This document shows positions 10,462 through 18,639 of a DNA stretch of 18,639 nt, piece by piece. This DNA is from Ascoidea asiatica JCM 7603. Taxonomy: Eukaryota > Fungi > Ascomycota. The stretch covers positions 3,378 to 22,016 of the forward strand of contig BCKQ01000027.1 in the NCBI GenBank assembly GCA_001600695.1, written 5' to 3'. The notes under the pieces were generated by a model, which was not told the origin of the DNA, ran no database searches, and worked only from the letters and a program-made list of their open reading frames with translations. The position numbers were made by a program, and so were the translations under genes. How positions within the stretch are numbered: position 1 is the stretch's first letter; every line of letters begins with the position of its first letter.

Positions 10462-10575
10462 ATTTTTATTTATTACTATTGAAAATCATTAAGTCAAGAA
10501 AGAAAATAGTTGGCTTTTTTGTTTTTTATATAGATTGCTTTATTTTTGCATTATCACTTTCGTGGCACAAAAAAC

Positions 10576-13112
10576 TCACGAGCTGTATATCATGAGGTTT
10601 GTGTTCAATATATATGTTTTTTGAGCATGAACCAAAGATGTTTAAACTAGAAAAATTTTGTTCAACTCAAGTACCAATATATGAGTCCCATTAGTTAGTA
10701 CCTCGGCTATTAAATTAAATTTGTTTTCCCAAATCAAATTATTAATTAACAGTTTCTCACACCATACATAAAATTCAGCTCCTTTTGCAAAGAAACATAT
10801 AATCTTGCCAAAGATTTGGAAGGCTTCGCTAGCAAAAATCATGCAACTTTTATTTTTTACACTCTTCACTGATATCATGTTGTTAAGGGTAGGCCAATAA
10901 GCACTTTCAACAAACTTCCAATCATCATTTGAATTGTAATTCGCCAAATGTATCTTCACGAAATCTGATATTCGCCATTCGTGTTTAAATTCGTTGTAGA
11001 GAAATTGCTTCTTTTCAGAAAATTCTACTAAACTAGATAAAACACGTAGTCTCTCGTATGTCAAGGTCTTCAGCTGCCAGGCTGCAAGACTATATCTTGA
11101 GCTTGTCCGAAATTTTTTGCTCGGATTCATAAACCTTTCCAATTGAAATGTTGAATTCCAACAAGCAAGACCATTTTCCTCTACATTTTAAACAACATGT
11201 CTGACCAAATGAAAGGGAAACGAAAGAAGCTCTTTAGCTCCTATGGATCCACCCGTATTAAGATATCTACCTGTTTGTCTGATTAAAATCGAAAAAGATT
11301 TTACTTCTGCTATTATCAAGTCTGCTCTGAATAGAGCCAAAATTATAACCAATATTTGAATTGATATTGTTTCGCTGTTACAAGACAGAACAGTTAGAAT
11401 TGAAACATTTTCGGAATTATTTTTCAAGACTAGGTTAAGCAATAAAATCTGTGCCTTATTAATTTTCACTTCGGAAGATAAATAAAGTTGTTTCTCGTTC
11501 AACGAAAGGACTATTGGATGTTTTGAACCAACGAAAGCTTTAGTTAAATGATTTGAAACATTAAAAGAGAAATACTTATACTCCTGCCCCTCTGTAATTT
11601 AAAGCAACTTGAATTATCAACAAAACTTGAAGGAAGTCTTGTGAACATATTTTCCATCGATAAATGAAGAACTTCTATAGGGAGCCTATTACGCAGCTTT
11701 AAATGGGGAAATTCCTTTGCCAATAAAATTTCTCCAATAAAGCTGGAGGGTCTTGCCAAAAGGGGCTCAGCAGGGTTCATATAACTTTTGGTTGCACCAT
11801 AGATAGGCCTTCGGGAAATCTGTGAGAACCTGCAGGGTTTCTTGCACGATGGAACAGGTGAATTTGCGATCTTGGCTTGTGCGGGAATATCACTTACTAT
11901 CTGAATTGGTATATATTTTATGAGATAGTATTTTTGTACGGATTTTAGCTAAATGCAAAATCCTCTTTGAGCTTCTTTCAAATTTTCAACCAAATGCTTA
12001 CAGTCTTCATCAAACGTCATGTTCCCGAAGCATGTAAAGGGAACAAAAGAATATTTTTTTGGATCTTGATTGTCAAGAAAAGCTGGTTTTAGGGGAATTG
12101 GGTGGGACAGTAAGTTGTCAAATTTCGTAAGGTTCACACATCACTTTGAATCTGATAAAAAATCTATAAGGTATTTGGCGAATCTCGTTGGAATAGACCA
12201 TTCTGCGATAACCGGATGAAAGATTTGGGGTCTAAGTAGCTTTTGAAACTATAGGAAAAATGATCAAATACTGCATCGATATTAGATGAATTACTTAGTG
12301 TCTAATCTTGTAACATATACAATTTAGTTCTTAATGCATTGTCAAAACATTTGACTGTATCGAAAAAAAAAGAGTTTTTGAACTGCCATTCTAGATATCC
12401 TCGGGGTTCAAAAAATGGCATACCGAAGCTTGGTTTTCCTAATAAAAGAGCGTAACGCGAAGCCAATTTTTCATTAAGATTGGAAAAAAAGTTTACTTCG
12501 TTTTCTAGATTTGTTAGCCCAGCTTGGTTTGCTCCTTGGTTCAGAGAATGCTTCAGAAATATATAATAATCCAATTTTTTTATAAGTTTATATTTAGTCA
12601 ATAAACTTTGTGGAAATAATTTTCGTACATACTCATAGATATAGATTGAGTCACCATTAGAAATTAAATAAAAATAAAAGGCCGAAATTTTTCGGGAAAT
12701 CGAATCAGTAATCAGGTCTTCGAACGATATTTCAGGCCCAGTTATTCTTTCACCATTTCGGAAAGTTACCGATTCTGTATCTAAAGGCATTAAAAGTTCT
12801 CCGATCACTGTATTATCACCTTCTACGTCCGTTTGGCCTACTTCTAGTGGAATCTAATCAAGTGAAAGACGTTCTTTATAATCGGCAAAATCCAAATCAG
12901 CATTAAAATCATCTATATTAATAGTTTCGCTTATGGGTCCTTCGCTACCTATGATAACCTCTGATTGAGGATTAAGTCTTGGTTCAAAAATATACTCAAA
13001 GATCATAGTTTCCGACAAACTGCAGTAGGTCTCTAGAACCCTAGGAAGCAGTGGTGACAAATTTCTTCGGGATGTTTCATATCCGGAAACACAATAAGAG
13101 GGATTTTTTCAT
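10576..13112 (-). pseudogene. CMC/EnSpm (CACTA)-type DDE transposase, about 845 codons, disrupted
   Basis: Six ORF fragments stitch through six in-frame TAG/TAA stops and frameshifts near 13105, 12139 and 11595. Ordered motifs: IQSD(G)VNLTKF (D at 12140-12142), VSDIPAQAK...PCRF (D at 11889-11891), LPIEVLH, LPSSF...GQEYKYF, FHLVRHVV*NVEENGLACWNSTFQLERF (E at 11137-11139). Likely stop TGA 10576-10578. Confidence 0.82.
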
Positions 13113-13533
13113 ATCTGACTTTTTGTTGGAGAAGCATATTCAATCTTTTAAATTGAATCTGAACTAACCTTTGGGAATGTCCTACGGTAGTGGGACCAAC
13201 ATTAGAAAGTTGCCAAATTAGATACTTGAAATTTCAAATGTATCACAAAACAACTATTAATAAGGGTTTTATTTTTTCCAATACACTGAAGGTAATTTTT
13301 TGAAGTGAAAAAAAAGGAAAAATTGATTTTGACATATAGGCCAACTTTAAATAATCTGCAAAAATCAAAAAAACAAACATAGGGGAAGTTGAAGAAAAAC
13401 TGCCAAATTCTATAAATGGAAACTTAGGTCATTAATCAAGTATCAAATTAGAGTTATTAATTTAAAATAGAAAAATTAATATTGATTATTACGGTGCTTT
13501 AACAATGTTTAACAGTATCTTTAGTTTGTGGAA

Positions 13534-13566
<33 letters not shown>

Positions 13567-13574
13567 GATATATA
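13534..13574. repeat. (AT)n microsatellite
   Basis: About 20 AT units with two interruptions. Confidence 0.95.
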
Positions 13575-13677
13575 ACAATAAACACCGACAAATATGTTTC
13601 GAGCCTTAATCCTAATTTTAGGTTCCGAACCCTGCCTCATAAACACCGGCTAAATATTTATGTATATAAGCCCGATA

Positions 13678-14031
13678 TTTCCGTCAAGATCAGGATTATA
13701 ACATCAATTAGCTAATAATGTTTATCGGAATTTGACGGAAAAAAGTGATCCACAAGTTGAATCTAAATCCTATCGTTCAGACTAATTGTTCCAACAGGAT
13801 CAAAAATGAGCATCAAACATATGACCTTATAAAATTTTGATCGCGTGCATTATATACAGGATCAATAACGGGGATCAAAAATATGAGACTATTATTTTTT
13901 GAGCCTAGACGGATCAAAGCTTGCAATCAAAACTCTCGTCTAGTAAATCTTAAGCCTAGACGGATCTATATTGAGACTCAAAAACACCGTCTACTAAATT
14001 TTGAGGCTAGACCGATTATAAATGCGGATCC
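13678..14031. repeat. GATC-rich repeat cluster, including a 51-bp tandem repeat (about 2.5 copies) with internal inverted repeats
   Basis: AGCCTAGACGG at 13902 and 13953, AGGCTAGACCG at 14004. CAGGATCAA at 13796 and 13857. A 10-bp inverted repeat TTTCCGTCAA (13678) / TTGACGGAAA (13732). Confidence 0.85.
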
Positions 14032-14274
14032 AAATTAAACATTAGTCTGTTTCACGACAAAACAAACTAAGAAAATTATCTTTTAGTTTCATTTTTTTTT
14101 CAAACCACTAAATTGAATCTTACTCTTTTAAGAGTGCTAAATTACTATTTAAATTTTTAATATTTTAGCATCAATTTCCGTTTTTTTCAATATATGTCTG
14201 AGAGATTTAAATAATTTATTACCACTTTTTTTATTACTAAAATAAAGATTTAAAGAATTGAACAATGTAAAAAA

Positions 14275-16352
14275 ATGGATAATCAAAATAGAGAATTAGT
14301 TGTTGTAAAAGAGCAGACTACCAAATGGCTCTAAAGTAGAGAAGTTATTAACCTAGATGAAGAGCGGCAAATGATATTGGCAAATTATGATTCTATTGAG
14401 TTGTTTGAGTCAAAGGTTAAAAATCATCATAAATCGATTATTAGGTCTATTTGTCTTAGACACAAGGAATCTATCAAAAATGATCTTAATTTTTCTGGTG
14501 TTACTTATCAAGATTTAGTTCACAGATGGTTATGCAATTGTTATTCAATGGGATCATACAGATGCCTCTTTTTATGTATTGTCGATGATGGTGTTTTGCT
14601 TGCTTATAAATGTAGTGCTCTTAGACTCTTTGCTGTTCCTGTTAATTTAGCTAAATATATCATTACTGCTGCTGCTACATACAAATTCAATATTACTACT
14701 GTGGAGCCTATGGTTCCAATTGGATATAATCAAAGGAACAATAAATATCACTTTAAAGAGTACTCCATTGAAATTCAGTTTATTATTCTATTATTATTTT
14801 ATAGCCATTGTGAAAATCAAGAAAAGAATGTTCAACTAAGTATAATAGAGTACTTTTCATTAAGTTTTAACTCAGAATCAAATAAAAATAGTTTAATCAA
14901 TGAAAATATCTCAACTTTTAATAGAACATTATTCAACATCAAAACATTAGAAGATCAAGAACTTCTATATAAGAATAAGCAAATATCAATTGAAACTTAT
15001 GATTTTATTAAAACCAATCAACTTCTGAATATTTCAAAAAATCAAAGAGCAAGATTCAAACTAGTGGATAATATCATTACTTATAAGTCAACAAACAATC
15101 CAAAAGAAGTTATCAATCCAAAATTCTTTTTATGGTTTATTGTTAAATATATGCAAGAAAATCAAAACACTTCAATCAGTCAAATTCATAAAGTGTTAAA
15201 TGATAAATATTCCAATATTAACTTCAAAAAATTAAAAGAGTTGAAGGAAATTGACCTTATCTCCACTACGATAAGATTAGAGGAGTATTATCAGAATAAT
15301 ATATCCAAATACATGGAGCATGATATTGTTGATTTGAGGAGATACAATTTTGAAATTGATGAAAATTCATTAATCAAAAAAAAAAAAAAAGCACTAATTG
15401 AACAAGATTATTTCAAAATTTTCAACATTGAGTTCAACAGTTCCAGATTTTATAATAATTCTGAAATAAAAAAATTAGATTCAAAAATAATTAAAAATTG
15501 GAAGGAAGTTGTTTTTGATTTAAAGAAATCTAGTTTATATTCGGCTCCAATTTTAATTAATTCAACTGATGTTATTGGATTTCAATTTATTCAAGATGCT
15601 GGTAAAACAATTGACGGTAGAGGTGCAGAAGGTGGTTCTGTTTGGGAGGTGTCCGATGATGAAATTCCAGAAGATGTATCTGCAAAAACAGTTGGACGTC
15701 TGAGTAATTCAGCTTACACTGATGATGAAAACGAAACAGATGAGGAGGATGATTTTGTTGATGCGAAAGAAGAAGAGGTAGGAACCGAGTTAAATTCGGA
15801 CGATAAAGCGTTTATTGACGATGCTGAAGATCTAGAGAACCAAATTTGGAAAAAAAGAAGAGAGGTTCCATTACTTACTGCAAAGCCGGTTGCTGTTAAA
15901 AAAATTCAATTAAAAACTTCTGCATCATCAAAAAAAAACCCCTCCTTCTCAAACTGTTATAAAATCAAAATCAAAAACTACAGCTGGAAAAATATCCAAA
16001 AAAACTAACAAAACAGTACCTCTGAAATTGTTTGCAACTCCCAAATTGGCTCTGCAACTTGAAAAAAACTGAAAGATATGAGAAAGGAAAAAGATAAAAT
16101 GCAAAAAAAAAAAGGAAAGTCAGGGAAATGAAAATGCAATCACTGGAAGACCCTCATCAAGGCTTGCCGATGCTAATCGCAAGTAAATTTTTATGTTCAT
16201 TATTATTTTTATTATTACTTTTATTATTATTTTTATTATTGTTTTTATTATTCTTTTGATTATTCTTTTTATTTATTTATTTAATAAATTATTTTATTAC
16301 TTTTACTAATATAAATAGCACATTGTTGTTTCAAATTCCTAAAAAATGTTAA
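14275..16352 (+). CDS. Unknown protein with an acidic tract then a basic tract; probably slightly disrupted and chimeric (core ORF 14371..16008)
   Basis: 545-aa ORF. Upstream ATG 14275 is in frame across TAA 14332-14334. After A-run frameshifts (about 15930, 16062, 16103) a K/T/S-rich reading continues to TGRPSSRLADANR, crosses intron 16183-16318 and stops at TAA 16350-16352. Contains DDENETDEEDDFVD...SDDKAFIDD. Confidence 0.6.
14736..15275 (+). mobile_element. Probable Ty3/gypsy pol fragment (RNase H end to integrase Zn-binding region) embedded in frame
   Basis: KEYSIEIQF...KNVQLSIIEYFSL and RFKLVDNIITYK...KEVINPK...VKYMQENQNTSISQIHKVLNDKYSNIN follow the order of gypsy 'RWxxxLQ...NxVADxLSR' and the H2C2 region, but the His/Cys ligands are absent. 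More A-rich than its flanks. Confidence 0.4.
16183..16318 (+). other. Spliceosomal intron with a (TTA)-rich body
   Basis: GTAAAT donor, very AT-rich low-complexity body, ACTAAT branch-like site and TAG acceptor. Confidence 0.65.
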
Positions 16353-16507
16353 CTTTTTGATTTTTATTTCTCAACTACAAAAAGAAATGACAAGTCTATA
16401 CCCAGTCTATTTGCCTAATAAAGTTAATTAACAATGGAGTAATATAAACTGATTTTATTTATTAATGTATTTTAATTTGATAGCTTTGTGCTTTTTGATT
16501 TGATAGT

Positions 16508-16645
16508 GCGAGCATCCATTTTTCGGATCACTTTCTTCGCCCTCCAATTTTTGATCTTATATTATGAGGATCAATATTACGGATCACTTTTTTCGTCTTC
16601 TAATTATTGATCTCATAGTACGAGGATCAAGTTTCTAGGGATCAC
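16508..16645. repeat. 56-bp GATC-rich tandem repeat (about 2.5 copies)
   Basis: GAG(C/G)ATC at 16510, 16566 and 16622. CGGATCACTTT at 16524 and 16580, GGGATCAC at 16638. Each unit contains TTGATC...GATCAA. Confidence 0.85.
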
Positions 16646-17038
16646 GTGTTTGCATAAGATTTTGTATGTGCCAATTCCGTGCCTATTGGAAATATGGCTG
16701 GCGGACATCAAAAGGATGCAAATTCCAAGGTAGCGGATACCAGGATAATCCAATGGCATGTGCTTCACGGCAAAACTGGTTTTCTTTAAAAGTTTGGAAA
16801 ATAATTTTATGACGTTGGCCTAAAGATAGTTTTTTTCGGAGTTTCCCTTTTGCGTTAGGGTGGAGGGGATGGAAAGGCATAATTACTTGCTTTTACCTTA
16901 TGTATGTTGTTAGGTGCAGGCTCGTACGCTAGACGTGTTGCTCTGATTTTTTTGTTAGCAAAAAAATTGTCAATACTCCAAACTCATGAATATGCACCAA
17001 GTTTACTATGGGTAAAAGTTGGATCGACAGTCTTTCAC

Positions 17039-17110
17039 ATACTAATTTTTCCAACGGAAAAACAGTAGCGGATAGTGCTACAGGTTTGAGTTCTACGCTC
17101 AAATCGTATG
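17039..17110 (+). ncRNA. tRNA-like cloverleaf (pseudo-tRNA or tRNA-derived element), not a functional tRNA
   Basis: Counting from 17039: GG at tRNA positions 18-19, a 5-bp stem with 7-nt loop at 27-43, variable loop AGGT, T-arm TTGAG-TTCTACG-CTCAA, acceptor stem 5/7 paired. The anticodon loop GGATAGT is non-canonical. Confidence 0.35.
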
Positions 17111-17339
17111 ATTCTCGTTTATGAGAATCTTATATAAGGCGGCCTACCCATGATCTCCCAACGCATACCAAACACTTGACAAAGGCCTTCCAATCGTCGA
17201 ACATCTAAATTCCCTACCCTTCAAAATTTCTGGAATGGCTCAAAACACATTTCAGGAGCAAAACGTTAAAACATTAATAAATATTACTAAAATAACAATG
17301 AAAAAACAAATAACAAACAAATAACAAACAAATAATACA

Positions 17340-18639
17340 ATGTCTACTCTTTAACATACACCACAAACTCCCTCCATTCCATTAACTCTTGAACCTAAAG
17401 CTACTCCTCAATCGTCAACTGAACTTAACTCAAGTACCAATAATGATCCATCCACCTGAATCAATCCTAAGTCAACGGATCCCTCAACAGCTCCTTCTGC
17501 AAATACCTTATTAAGATCGGAACCTCCTGAATATGAACCAATTCCAGAAACAGAATCGTGCAATGGGGAAACTAGGATAGCTTTAATAATTGCTTTTGCC
17601 AAACACTACATAAATAATCATCTTTCTAAGGATATATTACATGCAGAAACCGAATTAACTGACAACATCCATACACATGATTCTATAGACGATTCTTCAG
17701 ATGAATCAGACACTGAAAATGCTACTTTAAGGGAATACACATCCGAAAAGTTAGTTTTATTGAACGAGCAAGTTAAATCACATTTCGACATCACCACTAT
17801 TAACGTTCCTCCATACGTCCTTTCAGACCTAAACAAAATCATTCTCAATTTAATTTCTCAAAATTATTTATTCCTTTTCAAAGCACTCCGGTCCAATCCT
17901 ACAATTTCATTAATAATTGATGAAAGGCCCATAGGGCATTGCAAAGAAAGAAAAGACTTTTGTCAGTAAGTAAAGAAATTCGGATTAGATGGATGGATGT
18001 TTTATTACCATGTACAATCAAAAGCTCTATTTGGGTCAAACAAATATGCATGCATTTCTATCTATGATGTTAAATACTATGATAAAATCTCTGCAATTAA
18101 AATTGTACCAAACATTAGGAATCAGATAAACGAACCATTAACTAAATCTACAAATGTCGTCCCCTATTATAAAAATAATAATAAATTGTCTTTCAAAACT
18201 GCAAATTATAGTTACCAGTCACTTTTCTTGAAACCCGGTTACGCTTATTCTGCTATAATAGGTGTCATTTCTTCCACCAATTATTTAATGTTATTTGAAA
18301 CTTATCTCAAAGGAATTCAATCAAATATTGGCAATACAAAAGACCTTTTATATGGGGTATATGATGTGACAAATGATGTTAACCATCGCATTTTAACAAT
18401 TTGAAATCAATATTCACTATATATGGATGACGCCAAATACAATATGTTTATGAAAATGCATGATAATATATCATCTCCCAAAGAAATATGAAATACCATG
18501 GTGTCCGTTTCCATTTCAAAACCTATAAGGAGATAAAAAACAAACTCGAATGTTGATTAGTTGTTACCCCTAAAGCAATCGCGAATTACATAATGCAATA
18601 TTTGCGATCCAATCCTGTCTCAAATAAAAGACTAAGATC
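17340..18639 (+). pseudogene. Long single-frame ORF with premature stops, possibly a non-LTR retrotransposon ORF1; truncated by the window end
   Basis: ATG 17340 is in frame with ORFs 17760..17969 and 17997..18404. Stops at 17352, 17457, 17967, 18402 and 18489, then four more in the last 35 codons. S/T/P-rich N-terminus, A/C-rich sense strand, CNIC near 18594. Confidence 0.45.

Noticed and set aside
13901-14031. CRISPR array
   Set aside because: Only about 2.5 degenerate units, the spacers resemble each other, there are no cas genes, and the context is eukaryotic.
10576-16460. Alternative genetic code (TAA/TAG = Gln), suggested by many in-frame TAR stops that read through plausibly
   Set aside because: The 359-aa and 545-aa ORFs use CAA freely with no internal TAA despite high AT content. 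In-frame TGA stops and frameshifts also occur, so ordinary decay is sufficient.
16683-16990. Non-LTR RT fragment, from IRYLGI on the minus strand
   Set aside because: A single short motif with no YADD-like or other RT motif upstream.
17408-17848. Two minus-strand ORFs (64 and 76 aa)
   Set aside because: Antisense shadows of the long plus-strand frame starting at 17340.
17966-17988. 23-nt intron GTAAGT...TAG that would remove TAA 17967
   Set aside because: Splicing it would shift the frame, whereas the flanking ORFs are already in frame.

Overview
AT-rich eukaryotic DNA with short GTAAGT/GTATGT...AG introns (fungal-like; organism inferred, not identified), made up mostly of decayed transposable elements. 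Main parts: (1) a minus-strand Ty1/copia LTR retrotransposon (about 1989-7126) with two 225-bp LTR cores (11 mismatches), a Ty5/copia-type half-tRNA(iMet) PBS, a repeat-rich leader, and a gag-like ORF joined directly to a disrupted RT-RNase H with no recognisable protease or integrase. (2) A possible solo LTR at 7693-8259. (3) A minus-strand CMC/EnSpm (CACTA)-type DDE transposase pseudogene (10576-13112) followed by a decayed spliced ORF. (4) A divergent plus-strand gene (14275 to about 16352) bracketed by GATC-rich hairpin tandem repeats; it appears to carry an in-frame 540-bp fragment of Ty3/gypsy pol. (5) A tRNA-shaped cloverleaf and TATA box upstream of a stop-riddled ORF, possibly a non-LTR ORF1, that runs off the right end. 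No intact host housekeeping gene, rRNA or CRISPR array was recognised. All protein assignments are by-eye motif recognition; no searches were run.
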